Source: Ignavibacteria bacterium (GTDB lineage Bacteria > Bacteroidota > Ignavibacteria > Tepidaquicellales > OLB5). From it: a stretch of DNA of 64,000 nucleotides. Positions 10,611 to 21,166 of the stretch are shown here, one piece after another. The notes below the pieces were generated by a model, which made no database searches, was not told the origin of the DNA, and saw nothing but the letters and a program-made list of their open reading frames with translations. Both the position numbers and the translations under genes were made by a program. The stretch's first letter is position 1. Each line of letters begins with the position of its first letter. The stretch covers positions 3,991-67,990 of the forward strand of contig JADZAP010000030.1 of assembly GCA_020852705.1 (NCBI GenBank), in the 5' to 3' direction.

Positions 10611-11828
10611 ATGTCATTTCCACCGATAAAAGAACAGATTGATCTCATAAAAAGAAATACAGTTGAGATACTGCCCGAAGAAGAGCTTGTTAAAAAACTT
10701 GAGAAATCATTATTAGAAAACAAACAGCTCAGGATAAAGCTGGGGTGCGACCCATCACGACCTGACCTTCATATAGGGCATGGAGTAGTACTTCAGAAAC
10801 TTCGGGATTTTCAGGACCTTGGACATAAGGCAATACTTATTGTCGGAGATTTTACAGCAATGATAGGTGACCCTTCGGGGAAGAGTAAAACCCGTCCGGC
10901 TCTTTCACTGGAAGAAACCCGTATAAACGGAAAAACATATTTTGAGCAAGCATCAAAAATTCTGCTTGAAAAAGATCTTGAGATAAGGTACAATTCAGAG
11001 TGGCTTGATAAAATGACATTCAGCGAGGTAATTAAATTAGCAAGTAATTACACAGTGGCTCAAATACTTGAGCGGGATGATTTTACTAAACGAATGACAT
11101 CCAAAACTCCGATAAGTCTGCATGAACTTTTATACCCTTTAACGCAGGCAATGGATTCAGTTGCTATTAAAAGTGATGTTGAACTCGGCGGAACTGACCA
11201 GACATTTAATCTTCTTGTTGGCAGAGCTATACAGGAAGCTTACAAAATGGAATCACAATGTATAATAACCTGTGAGCTGTTAGAAGGCACAGATGGTGTG
11301 GAGAAGATGAGCAAATCTCTTAACAATGCTATTTGCTTTACAGATTCACCCCGGGATATTTTTGGAAAAACAATGTCAATACCCGATAAGCTGATATATA
11401 AATACTTTGCATTGTGCACAATGCTTAAAGATAATGAGCTTGCTGAAATTAAGAAGCAGATTGATAATCCATCAACAAATCCCAGAAACTTAAAAGTTAG
11501 ATTGGCATTTGAGCTTGTTAAAAAATATTACGATGAAGAATCAGCAAAATCAGCACAAGAGGAATTTGAAAACATTTTTGTAAAAAAGGAAGTACCTGAT
11601 GATATACCGGAAATTGAACTTGATTTGAGTGTGATAAAACTAGTAACACTTATTAAATCAAATAACCTTGCACCATCTTCAAGCGAAGCTATAAGGTTAA
11701 TAAAGCATGGCGGTGTTTCGATTGACGGAGAAAAAATAACAGATGATAAACACATTATAAAAGCAGATAAAAATTTTATTCTGAAGGTTGGAAAAAGAAA
11801 ATTTCTGAAAGTATTGATTAAAAAGTAA
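10611..11828 (+). CDS. tyrS: tyrosine--tRNA ligase (short type with C-terminal S4 domain)
   Basis: 405 aa. The class I signatures are present: HIGH as DLHIGHG and KMSKS as KMSKSLNN. An S4-like C-terminus follows (AIRLIKHGGVSIDGEKI). Confidence 0.9.
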   Translation: MSFPPIKEQIDLIKRNTVEILPEEELVKKLEKSLLENKQLRIKLGCDPSRPDLHIGHGVVLQKLRDFQDLGHKAILIVGDFTAMIGDPSGKSKTRPALSLEETRINGKTYFEQASKILLEKDLEIRYNSEWLDKMTFSEVIKLASNYTVAQILERDDFTKRMTSKTPISLHELLYPLTQAMDSVAIKSDVELGGTDQTFNLLVGRAIQEAYKMESQCIITCELLEGTDGVEKMSKSLNNAICFTDSPRDIFGKTMSIPDKLIYKYFALCTMLKDNELAEIKKQIDNPSTNPRNLKVRLAFELVKKYYDEESAKSAQEEFENIFVKKEVPDDIPEIELDLSVIKLVTLIKSNNLAPSSSEAIRLIKHGGVSIDGEKITDDKHIIKADKNFILKVGKRKFLKVLIKK

Positions 11829-12001
11829 TTATTTTTTTAAAAAAAACTGTATCCATCCTTATCAATACCCCCCAAATTAATTAAGAAAATAAATACCATA
11901 TTTAACAAAATTTATATTATTGATTTAGTTTTATTTTATTATATTTGTTTAGAAATAGTTTCTATATTTTAAAATCATAAATAAAGCGGAGAAAGTTAGA
12001 A

Positions 12002-12550
12002 TTGTTTAAACCTACTAAAATCTTTTTCACCAAGGGTGTTGGGAGGCATAAGGATTATTTGCAATCATTTGAGCTTGCTTTAAGGATGGCGGGAATAGAA
12101 AAATGCAATCTGGTATCTGTTTCAAGCATATTTCCTGCGGGCTGCAAAAGAATTTCAAAAGAAGAAGGCGTAAAACTGCTTGAACCTGGGCAGATAACAT
12201 TTTGCGTAATGGCAAGAAACTGTACAAATGAAGCAAACCGCTTGATTGCTTCATCAATTGGGGTTGCACTTCCAAGTGCAAGTGCGCAACAATACGGATA
12301 TATTTCAGAGCATCATCCTTTTGGAGAATCAGAGAAAGTTTCGGGTGATTATGCAGAAGATATTGCTGCCCAAATGCTTGCAACAACATTAGGAATTGAA
12401 TTTGACCCTGAACAAGCATGGGATGAAAGAGAACAGGTGTATAAAGCCAGCGGACAGATATATAAAACATTTAATATAACACAATCTGCCGAAGGCGATA
12501 AGGCGGGAATTTGGACTACAGTTATTGCAGCAGCAGTAATGCTTCCTTAA
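12002..12550 (+). CDS. pdaD: pyruvoyl-dependent arginine decarboxylase
   Basis: 182 aa with a TTG start preceded by aagcggagaaag. Contains [38 protein letters not shown], with the self-cleavage Ser-Ser. Confidence 0.85.
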   Translation: MFKPTKIFFTKGVGRHKDYLQSFELALRMAGIEKCNLVSVSSIFPAGCKRISKEEGVKLLEPGQITFCVMARNCTNEANRLIASSIGVALPSASAQQYGYISEHHPFGESEKVSGDYAEDIAAQMLATTLGIEFDPEQAWDEREQVYKASGQIYKTFNITQSAEGDKAGIWTTVIAAAVMLP

Positions 12551-12571
12551 AGTTAAAATGTATTTGTTAAA

Positions 12572-13243
12572 ATGTCAGACGCAAAACGTCAAACCGGAAT
12601 TAAAGACTGCCTTATTGTTTGTAACGGCAAAATTTACAAAAAGGACCTTGCAAAATTTCTAAACAGGAAAAATTATAAAAAGCCCCGCAATGCAATTAAC
12701 ATTATTGCATGTGACGGGGCTTCTGATTATTTGCTCAGGGATATAATTGTTCCAGATGTGATAATTGGCGATCTTGATTCTATTTCATCTAAAGCAAAAA
12801 AGTTTTTTTTGCGAAAAAAAGTAAAACTAATATATCGCCCTGACCAGAATTTAAATGATCTTGAAAAAGCATTAAAGTATGCGGATTCAAAAAAATATAA
12901 TTTAATTAATATTACCGGACTTACAGGAAAAAGATTTGACCACACACTGAATAATTTGAGTGTCGTACTTAAGTATTATAAAAAAATGAATATTGTTATT
13001 CATGAAAACGGTTTTACGGGAAGCATAATTAATAAAAGCAGAAAGATTAACTGTAAAGAGGGAAATATAATTTCTCTTATACCTCTGCCTAAGGTAACAG
13101 GAATAACAACAAACGGATTAAAATATCCAATAAATAACGAAACATTTGAATTTGGAGTGCGGGAGGGGGCTTTGAATGAAGCATTAAGCAGCAATATCAG
13201 CATTAATTTCAGAAAAGGTGTTTTATTGGTTTTAATAAAGTAA
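12572..13243 (+). CDS. thiN: thiamine diphosphokinase
   Basis: 223 aa. Has ACDGASDYL ... IGDLDS ... DQNLNDLEKAL ... TGLTGKRFDHTL and a C-terminal thiamine-binding-like beta domain. Confidence 0.7.
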   Translation: MSDAKRQTGIKDCLIVCNGKIYKKDLAKFLNRKNYKKPRNAINIIACDGASDYLLRDIIVPDVIIGDLDSISSKAKKFFLRKKVKLIYRPDQNLNDLEKALKYADSKKYNLINITGLTGKRFDHTLNNLSVVLKYYKKMNIVIHENGFTGSIINKSRKINCKEGNIISLIPLPKVTGITTNGLKYPINNETFEFGVREGALNEALSSNISINFRKGVLLVLIK

Positions 13244-13269
13244 AATATTCTTCACATTCCAAATTAACA

Positions 13270-15684
13270 TTACTTCCACAATATTCTTCTTGTCAATTCA
13301 CCATTAGTTCTAAGTATAACTGCTCCATCTTTTGACACATTAAATAAGTTATAATTAAAATTATTTAACACAGCATCAAATATTTCTGAATAAATTTTTT
13401 TTCTTGAGGTTAATGTTTCACCTACTATTACATATTCAGGTTCATATTCAGCTAAAAGCATAGGCGGTGCGGAATAAAATGAGCCGGAACCAGCAACACG
13501 CAATGCCTGCAAATTTAGTCCATTATTGCTGAGTGCAGCAATATTAAAGATATTTTCTTCGGGTTCCTGAGCATCATTAAATACAAAAGACTGATCACCA
13601 TAGATAAATTGTGTCATCATGCTTTTGCCTGCATTAAAGCTGTCATAATACAGAAACAATCTGAAATTCCCGTTTTTATTTATAATTTTTGAAATTGTAA
13701 TAAATTCAATTTCAGTACTTCTAAAATTCCCTGCAATACTTTTATCGCTAAAAATCACATTATAATACTTGGGGACTATAATCTTTTTAACAGGAAAACT
13801 GCTTACAAAATACAGCAGATTACGAAATTCATTTTTATCAAGCGAATTTAAAACAAGCAAATCGATCTCATTTATTCCTTTTGATCTTAAATATGGTATT
13901 ATATTTCTTTGTGCTGAATTGTTCTTATCACTTGAACCGCCGCAGTTTATTAACACAGATGTACCTTGCGGCATTTTTATCAGTGTACTGTTGTAATTAC
14001 CGCTGTAAAGAAAGGTTAGTTCTGCTTCATTTGTGATTGCAGAAGCATCTTTCCATATCCAATAATTCAGAAATATAAGTATAACAAATACAACCCTGTT
14101 AAAAATATTTTTAACAGACATTGTGAGCAGCAATATTAACACAATGTAGTAAGTTATAAATAACATTGCATCAACAAAATAGGTCTGCACAAAGGCAAAA
14201 TCAAAGTTTGCACATATTTCAATCAGTTTTATTTGATAATACAACATTATATTATTCAAAGAAGCAAATACAGATGCCAGCCAATGTGATACAGGAGAGA
14301 GCAGAACCATAATAAATCCAAGAGCAAGAGAAATATTGGAGAGAGGAATTGCAAAAAGGTTGGCGGCAAGCGAGACAATTGAAATTTTTTTAAACATTAT
14401 TGCGGTAATTGGTAAAGTACCCAATTGAGCAGCCAGAGTTCCTGTAAAAAGAGAGATTATTGCTTTTAATACTTTTACAGAATATTTGCTGTTATTTAAA
14501 TTTTTATACCAACGCAATTTTTTTATCCACCTATCCAAAATCGGATAAATAATGATTAGGGATAAAAGTGCTGAAAATGATAGAATGAAACCGGAGTCAA
14601 ACAATTGCTTGGGGTCAATAGCCAAAATTACAAGAGCAGCAAAAGCCAAAATATTATAGCTGTTTGGTTTTCGCTCAGCAAGCTGAGCAATAAAGAAAAT
14701 TGATGCCATAATCACCGCTCTTACAATAGAAGGAGAGCTTCCGGTAAGTACCATATAGAACAAAAGAAAAGCTATAGTGATAAATATTTTATATTGATGC
14801 TTTATTGGGAAAAAAAGGAGTATTCCCCAGATTATTAGAGAGACATAAGCAACATTTAAACCTGAAACTGCAACAATATGAGCAACACCGGCATTTACAA
14901 AATCTTCTTTCATACTTTGCGGTATGTTTGACCTTTCACCAAGCAGAAGTCCTTTAAGATACTCGCCTTCCTTTGAGCCAATAAGACTATCTATAGTTTT
15001 AACAGAATAATCTTTAATTGGGTAGATAATCCATTCCATAAAAACATTCTGATCTTCATAACCCGAAATGGTTAAATTTTCATAACCAAACGCGGATGCA
15101 GAAGCATCTATGCCGTGCAGGCGTAAATATTCGCCGTAATTAAATTCACCCGGATTCCGCTGCGATGGTAATTCTTGCAGTTTACATTTTAATTCAATTA
15201 CATCACCATAAAATAATTCTCTTCTAAATTCATCCTTAAATTTATTTTTATAAATTGAAGCAAAAACTGTTCCGTTATAAAGTGAATCATTTACAGAATG
15301 AACATCCAGCAAAAGTCTAATTCTATCATCTTTTACTTCAGGTTTCTCGGTTATTGTTCCTTTAAGAATAATGTTTTGCGGGGATTGTTTGACTTTATGC
15401 GAAATATTATTAATGCTTTTTTTATAAAAGCTGTATTGAAAACTGAATATCCCGAAAAATATAATAACAAGCAGATAAGGGAAAAGATAAAGCTCACTTT
15501 TAGCTTTTTTATTATACAAAAGGAATATAAAAGAAGCCAGAATAATTAATATTACTATAAAAATCCAATCAGGGAACAGAGAAAGATTAATCCCCGTTAA
15601 ATAACTGACAGTAATTCCAACAACAAGCGGAATTACAGTAATAATTGCTGGATATTTTTTACTTAAATTAATTAGCACAGGCAA
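13270..15684 (-). CDS. comEC: ComEC/Rec2-family DNA internalization protein
   Basis: 804 aa. The N-terminal region is followed by a polytopic competence domain (AHIVAVSGLNVAYV, SPSIVRAVIMA) and a C-terminal MBL-like domain. Track start is TTG. Confidence 0.85.
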   Translation of the reverse strand: MPVLINLSKKYPAIITVIPLVVGITVSYLTGINLSLFPDWIFIVILIILASFIFLLYNKKAKSELYLFPYLLVIIFFGIFSFQYSFYKKSINNISHKVKQSPQNIILKGTITEKPEVKDDRIRLLLDVHSVNDSLYNGTVFASIYKNKFKDEFRRELFYGDVIELKCKLQELPSQRNPGEFNYGEYLRLHGIDASASAFGYENLTISGYEDQNVFMEWIIYPIKDYSVKTIDSLIGSKEGEYLKGLLLGERSNIPQSMKEDFVNAGVAHIVAVSGLNVAYVSLIIWGILLFFPIKHQYKIFITIAFLLFYMVLTGSSPSIVRAVIMASIFFIAQLAERKPNSYNILAFAALVILAIDPKQLFDSGFILSFSALLSLIIIYPILDRWIKKLRWYKNLNNSKYSVKVLKAIISLFTGTLAAQLGTLPITAIMFKKISIVSLAANLFAIPLSNISLALGFIMVLLSPVSHWLASVFASLNNIMLYYQIKLIEICANFDFAFVQTYFVDAMLFITYYIVLILLLTMSVKNIFNRVVFVILIFLNYWIWKDASAITNEAELTFLYSGNYNSTLIKMPQGTSVLINCGGSSDKNNSAQRNIIPYLRSKGINEIDLLVLNSLDKNEFRNLLYFVSSFPVKKIIVPKYYNVIFSDKSIAGNFRSTEIEFITISKIINKNGNFRLFLYYDSFNAGKSMMTQFIYGDQSFVFNDAQEPEENIFNIAALSNNGLNLQALRVAGSGSFYSAPPMLLAEYEPEYVIVGETLTSRKKIYSEIFDAVLNNFNYNLFNVSKDGAVILRTNGELTRRILWK

Positions 15685-15758
15685 AGTTAAGGAAAAATGA
15701 TACTTATTTTTATGAAATAATTTTAAATAAATTTTTGTAATTTACATAAAACTTTAGA

Positions 15759-16367
15759 ATGAAACCAATTATTACAGAAAGATTAACTATCAGGGAGTTC
15801 CGTCCAAACGATTTAGGTGAAATATACAGAATTCTGGATGTTGAATTAAAATTTAAAGATTCCAATCAGCAGGATTCTTCAATAGGACAAAGAAAAAAGT
15901 GGCTTGACTGGACTATTCAGGGATATGAGCAAAACCGCCTGCTCTTAAATCCGCCATACGGAGATAATGCAATAATACTTAAGGATTCACTACAGCTTAT
16001 AGGGACTTGTGGTTTTGCACCTGTGCTGGCACCACTTGGACTTATACCCTATTACCGCTATATTGCTGATGTTAGTGATATTGAAAGAAACTATCCGGAA
16101 GTTGGTTTATTTTTCGCAATATCACCGCACTATCAATGTAGAGGCTTTGCATACGAAGCGGCAATGGCTTTAATGAATTATGGATTTGAAAAGCTGAAAC
16201 TGCAAAGAATTGTGGGAATTACACATATACAAAATAATCCATCAATTGCCGTTTTAAAGCGGCTTGGAATGAGAGTTGAAACTCTGCCGAACCAAAAATT
16301 AATGCAAGTAGTTGGCATTGCTGAAAACAACGATGAATGGAAAAATATAATAAAAAAAGCTGGATAA
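15759..16367 (+). CDS. GNAT-family N-acetyltransferase (RimJ/RimL-like)
   Basis: 202 aa. The typical start is ITERLTIREFRPND, and the acetyl-CoA motif region is QCRGFAYEAAMALMNYGFEKLKLQRI. Confidence 0.75.
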   Translation: MKPIITERLTIREFRPNDLGEIYRILDVELKFKDSNQQDSSIGQRKKWLDWTIQGYEQNRLLLNPPYGDNAIILKDSLQLIGTCGFAPVLAPLGLIPYYRYIADVSDIERNYPEVGLFFAISPHYQCRGFAYEAAMALMNYGFEKLKLQRIVGITHIQNNPSIAVLKRLGMRVETLPNQKLMQVVGIAENNDEWKNIIKKAG

Positions 16368-16382
16368 ATTTGTAATATATCA

Positions 16383-16859
16383 ATGAACAGTAAAATAAAT
16401 TTTAACGGAAAAGAATATAATAGTTTTAATGAAATACCGGATGAATTTAAAGTTATGTTTAAGGATGAAAACAATAACGGAATTCCCGATTTTGTAGAAG
16501 GTCTTTTAAATTCAGGTAATAAAAACAATATTAAACCGATAACTGCAAATTTTAGTACATTTTTTTATAAAGGGAAACAATACAGTTCTATTGATGAGCT
16601 GCCATCAGAAGCAAGACAAATTGTTCAGAGTAAATTAAAAAACCTTGAAAGTAAAGGAGTGGGGATAAATTTCCCAAATTCTGAAAGCAAAATAAATATA
16701 ATAAATCAAAATACAGAGCAAGCTAACACAATACCAAACGACCTTAAAAAGGAAGCACAGCATGAACTTAATCCAAATTTTAAGTTCCGTTTAATATTAA
16801 CAGCAATTTTATTTATCCTGACTGTACTTTATTTATTCTGGTTTTTCAGAATGTTCTAA
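16383..16859 (+). CDS. hypothetical protein with C-terminal membrane anchor
   Basis: 158 aa. An internal duplicated motif is present (FNGKEYNSFNEIPDEF / YKGKQYSSIDELPSEA), and there is one C-terminal TM helix. Confidence 0.45.
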   Translation: MNSKINFNGKEYNSFNEIPDEFKVMFKDENNNGIPDFVEGLLNSGNKNNIKPITANFSTFFYKGKQYSSIDELPSEARQIVQSKLKNLESKGVGINFPNSESKINIINQNTEQANTIPNDLKKEAQHELNPNFKFRLILTAILFILTVLYLFWFFRMF

Positions 16860-16874
16860 ATTTTAATTAATAAC

Positions 16875-17318
16875 ATGAAATACATTACAACCCAATTTTC
16901 AAAATACCTTGATCATTTAAAGAATGAAATTACAATGTACACTAATCAAAGCAGCCTTTGGGTGATTAAAGGAGAAATTAAAAATTCACCGGGAAACCTT
17001 GCACTGCATATATGCGGGAATTTAAGGCATAATATTGGAGCTGTGATTGGCAAAACCGGTTACAAAAGAAACAGAGATAAGGAGTTTTCCGAAAATAACA
17101 TTTCAACAGAAGAATTGCTGAGAGAAATACAGAAAACTACCGATGAAATTATTCCGATAATTGAGAATCTGGAAGCAGAAAGATTGTCAGAAACATTCCC
17201 CGATTCATCACATGGTGAAAAGCAAACAATAAACGATGCACTTGTTAGACTGGCATTCCACATGGCATATCATATCGGACAAATAAATTATCATAGAAGA
17301 ATACTTACAGCAGATTGA
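16875..17318 (+). CDS. DinB-superfamily (DUF1572-like) protein
   Basis: 147 aa. Contains HICGNLRHNIG ... AFHMAYHIGQI. Paralogous to 7237-7767. Confidence 0.65.
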   Translation: MKYITTQFSKYLDHLKNEITMYTNQSSLWVIKGEIKNSPGNLALHICGNLRHNIGAVIGKTGYKRNRDKEFSENNISTEELLREIQKTTDEIIPIIENLEAERLSETFPDSSHGEKQTINDALVRLAFHMAYHIGQINYHRRILTAD

Positions 17319-17414
17319 AATATTAAGTAAAGATAGGTAGTACTAAAAAACTATAATTAAATCCCTGACAAACATTATTATTTTAACTGATATTTTATAT
17401 AAATAATTTTTATT

Positions 17415-17894
17415 ATGAACCTAATAATGAGTTTAACCAACAGAATAGATTTCCTAATAAGGCAAGGCGAAGAAATACTCTCAGGTGAAGATGATTCAGT
17501 ACTTTCAATGAAATCTTCAGAAAACAAATGGTCAAAAAAAGAAATAATAGGACATTTATGTGATAGTGCAGTTAATAATTTAAGCAGATTTATAAGAGCA
17601 CAAATTGAGATACAGCCGTTTGCTGTAATTCCATATTCGCAAAATAAATGGGTGGAGCTTAATTATTATAACGAAATGAAAATGAATGAAATAATTTCTT
17701 ACTGGCAGGCACTTAACAGACAGATAATTCATGTTATTCGGAACATGCCTGAAGATAAGTTAGCAATAATATGTTCAATAGGCAGCGAAGCTGCATTCAG
17801 AGAAAATACAGATAACAATAAAACATTATTTTGGTTAATAGAAGATTATGTTTTTCACATGGAGCATCACTTGAGGCAGATTTTAGAATTGTAA
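17415..17894 (+). CDS. DinB-family protein
   Basis: 159 aa. Contains IIGHLCDSAVNN ... DYVFHMEHHLRQI. Confidence 0.6.
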   Translation: MNLIMSLTNRIDFLIRQGEEILSGEDDSVLSMKSSENKWSKKEIIGHLCDSAVNNLSRFIRAQIEIQPFAVIPYSQNKWVELNYYNEMKMNEIISYWQALNRQIIHVIRNMPEDKLAIICSIGSEAAFRENTDNNKTLFWLIEDYVFHMEHHLRQILEL

Positions 17895-17925
17895 TATAGA
17901 GTGATTAAATTTCATAAAAAAGTAA

Positions 17926-19143
17926 TTACTTTTTTGCAAATTTTAATGACGATAAGAAAATAATAACAACACCAGCAAGCATTAATAAAGTAAAAGCAAA
18001 GAGCAAATAAATATATTCCGGTATAACAGGAAACTTAATCCACATCATTAAAGCAGGATAGAAAAGAAGAATTTCTGTTAAAACAAACCCGCTGATGAAT
18101 AAATAGCATCCTGCAGTAAAGATGCGGTTTTGTTCTAATATTCCCATAACACTCAGCCATCCAATTAACCCTGTAGAAATAACACCAAGCACAACAAGAT
18201 GAATAAAGCCAATGGTAATTTCCCTGCTTATAAATGCGGCATCGCCGATTTTTGGCAATGCGGAAATTAGCTGTAAAATAAATTTTACAAAAAGTGCTAA
18301 TAAACTGAATCTGAAAAGTAAATTTGCGGTTTTGTTTACATTATTAGTTGTTAAATCATTATTAATTATATTTATGCTGTTAAATACTTTATTTTCTTCA
18401 GCAAAAAACATTTTATAAAGATATCTAATAGCTGCTAACTGCAGAAAAGCTGATACAACTCCAATATATCTTAGCAATTCAGGAATTTTAAATCCAAGCA
18501 ATGAAAGAAAATATGCTCCAATAGTTGCAATAAATAGCAGATAGAATGATATTTTTGCAGATTGTTCATTATACTTTGTACCATTATCTTCAAAATACTT
18601 CAGCCACAAACCAATTAAACCAAATACAAACCAGCCGTTATACTGAAAATGCAGGTAAAAATAAATTGCCTGTTTATACAAATCAGTTGCAGCCAAACCA
18701 TTAAGCACAACTGCAACAATTCCCCAGGGACCAAATGAAGAAAGAAATAAAAAGAATAGACTGCTATAGAAAAATTTTAAAGCATACGAACCGTTATTTT
18801 TATTATTAGCAAGATCTTTAACCATAAAAATAATAAATACATAAGAGCAGAAAATATGCAAAGTAGAAAATGCAATTGAAAAAGCTGCATAACCCTGCCA
18901 GGCAAAAGTAAAGAGCATTCCAACAATTGATACCTGAGTTACCCAGAATAGAAAATTATATTTTTTCAGCTTTTTCTCATCTTTTACAAAAAGGTGAACC
19001 ATTGCAATATAAAGTATATTGTATATCCATCCAAGTATTGCAAAATGAGAGTGAGAGTGCAGAAAATTCTGGTAAACTACGGGAATATCTAAAGGGAAAG
19101 TGAACATTAAGCGAAGAAAGGTACCAATTAAAGCAACAATCAC
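17926..19143 (-). CDS. hypothetical polytopic membrane protein (about 12 predicted helices)
   Basis: 405 aa, strongly hydrophobic, with an HSHSHFAILGW motif near the N-terminus. GTG start. Family not recognised. Confidence 0.5.
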   Translation of the reverse strand: MIVALIGTFLRLMFTFPLDIPVVYQNFLHSHSHFAILGWIYNILYIAMVHLFVKDEKKLKKYNFLFWVTQVSIVGMLFTFAWQGYAAFSIAFSTLHIFCSYVFIIFMVKDLANNKNNGSYALKFFYSSLFFLFLSSFGPWGIVAVVLNGLAATDLYKQAIYFYLHFQYNGWFVFGLIGLWLKYFEDNGTKYNEQSAKISFYLLFIATIGAYFLSLLGFKIPELLRYIGVVSAFLQLAAIRYLYKMFFAEENKVFNSINIINNDLTTNNVNKTANLLFRFSLLALFVKFILQLISALPKIGDAAFISREITIGFIHLVVLGVISTGLIGWLSVMGILEQNRIFTAGCYLFISGFVLTEILLFYPALMMWIKFPVIPEYIYLLFAFTLLMLAGVVIIFLSSLKFAKK

Positions 19144-19342
19144 AAAATATAAAAGAGATAACCGGATTTTAGAATTAATTTTTATAGATCTGTTTTTTTA
19201 ATTTTAAAAATTTAAATTTAATTTATACAAAAATAATATTTAAAATAACAGATATTCTAAATGATAAATACACAAAAATTTTTATAGTAGAACAATTAAT
19301 AGTAATGAAAAAAATAATTAAATATCATACAATCAAACATTT

Positions 19343-21112
19343 CTATTGTAATACTTTCATTTCAACACGCCTGTTTTTTGCTGCACCTTGCTCTGTGCTG
19401 TTATCAGCAACCGGCATCTGCTCGCCATATCCTTTTGCAAAAAGCCGTTCAGGAGAAATACCTTTCTGAACTAGATAATTTACAACACTTTCAGCACGCT
19501 TTTGCGAAAGCGTTAGATTATAATCTTCACTTCCCTTATTATCAGTATGAGCAGCAATTTCTATTTTTACGCCGGGATTATCTTTAAGAAACTTAACTAC
19601 CCTATCTAGCTCTGTAAATGATTCAGGTTTAAGCTCAAATCTATCAAAATCAAAATAAATATTATTCAGCACAACCGGTACATTTTTAATTGATTCCAAT
19701 GATTGTAAGACAATATCAACATTAAGCTCACCAAATTCATTTTTATTGCTAAGATCAATATTATTTGAAACTGAATAATACCCCTCGCGTTCAGCAAAAT
19801 AGCTGTAATTAATGCCAACAGGCAAAGTAATTATATAATTTCCGCTTACAGGGTCACTTGTTAATGAACCTGCATTTTTATTTGTACCAAGCTCATACCA
19901 AAGCAGTTTTGCGTCAAGAGGTTTCATGTTTTCATCGGTTACTTTACCCATAACGGTTAAAACATTTTTTTCAGGCATAGCCGTTTTGGGCAAACTTATG
20001 CGGTAAATATCATATCCTCCTTTGCCGCCTTCCCTATCGCTTGAAAAGTAAGCATATTTACCATCAGTAGTGATTTTATAAGCCACATCGTATCCTGAGG
20101 TATTTACTTCTTTTCCAAGGTTAACAGGTTCGCTCCAATCATTCCACCCTGTATCACTTAGTCTAACAGATTTAAATACATCCAAGCTTCCCAAACCATA
20201 ATGCCCGTCACTGGAAAAATACAGAGTCTTACCGTCAGGGTGCAAAAACGGCGAGCGTTCTGAAAAAGGAGTATTAATTGTGCTGCCAATATTAATAGGT
20301 TCTCCCCAGCCTGAATCATTTTTAACTGAAATATAAATATCGGTATTACCTTCATACTCACCGTGGAAAAACTGCCCGCCTCTAACAAACTCACCTACTC
20401 CGCCGGGTCTATCACTTGTAAAAAATAACGCTTTGCCATCAGCAGTAAGAAAACCATCACATTCCCAATATTTGGTATTTAACGGTTTTGGAAAAGATTT
20501 TATTTCAGACCAGCCGCTTGAAGTTTTTTCCGCATAAAAATTATCTCCGCCGCCAATAAATCCTTTATAGCTTCCAAACAAAACTATTGTATTGCCATCA
20601 GCAGAAATGCTGTTGATTGCATCATTTTCTTTGGTACTGAAAGGCCTGCCCATATTTTTAGGTTTAATCCAGGTATCAGCATTCAGTATAGAGTAATAAA
20701 TATCCTCTCCGCCTTTAGATCCATCAGCAAAAGTAAAATACATTATTTTTCCGTCAATAGTAATTACAGGAAAATATTCACTTTTTTTAGTATTAATTGA
20801 TTCAATATTTTCTACAGACATCCCTTCTTCGTATGCACCAATAAGCCCGATTATTTTATCACTCCTGTTATACTGTTCAATAAACAGGTCGCGGTATTCC
20901 ATATATATCTTCATAGCACCATTCCAGTCTTTTTTATCAATAAAAGGTTTAGCTAATCTTTGAAGAGCAACAAATGCGTCCTCGGAAGGAGCTGCTGCAT
21001 GTATATATTGGATGAGTTCTTCAGGCGATGTAATGGTTTCAAGATCTCTTTGCGCAAAATTTATTTGTGCAATAAATATCAAAGAGGCGATTATTATAAA
21101 ACTATAATTCAT
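19343..21112 (-). CDS. OmpA-domain outer-membrane/periplasmic protein with TolB-like (PD40/WD40-like) repeats
   Basis: Signal peptide starts at the ATG at 21112. PD40-like repeats are present (SERSPFLHPDGKTLYFSSD). The C-terminal OmpA peptidoglycan-binding domain reads HTDNKGSEDYNLTLSQKRAESV...NRRVEMKV. Confidence 0.8.
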   Translation of the reverse strand: MNYSFIIIASLIFIAQINFAQRDLETITSPEELIQYIHAAAPSEDAFVALQRLAKPFIDKKDWNGAMKIYMEYRDLFIEQYNRSDKIIGLIGAYEEGMSVENIESINTKKSEYFPVITIDGKIMYFTFADGSKGGEDIYYSILNADTWIKPKNMGRPFSTKENDAINSISADGNTIVLFGSYKGFIGGGDNFYAEKTSSGWSEIKSFPKPLNTKYWECDGFLTADGKALFFTSDRPGGVGEFVRGGQFFHGEYEGNTDIYISVKNDSGWGEPINIGSTINTPFSERSPFLHPDGKTLYFSSDGHYGLGSLDVFKSVRLSDTGWNDWSEPVNLGKEVNTSGYDVAYKITTDGKYAYFSSDREGGKGGYDIYRISLPKTAMPEKNVLTVMGKVTDENMKPLDAKLLWYELGTNKNAGSLTSDPVSGNYIITLPVGINYSYFAEREGYYSVSNNIDLSNKNEFGELNVDIVLQSLESIKNVPVVLNNIYFDFDRFELKPESFTELDRVVKFLKDNPGVKIEIAAHTDNKGSEDYNLTLSQKRAESVVNYLVQKGISPERLFAKGYGEQMPVADNSTEQGAAKNRRVEMKVLQ

Positions 21113-21166
21113 ATCATAGTATAACAAAAATAATTGATAAAGGTTTTAGTGAATTTCAATAAATAA

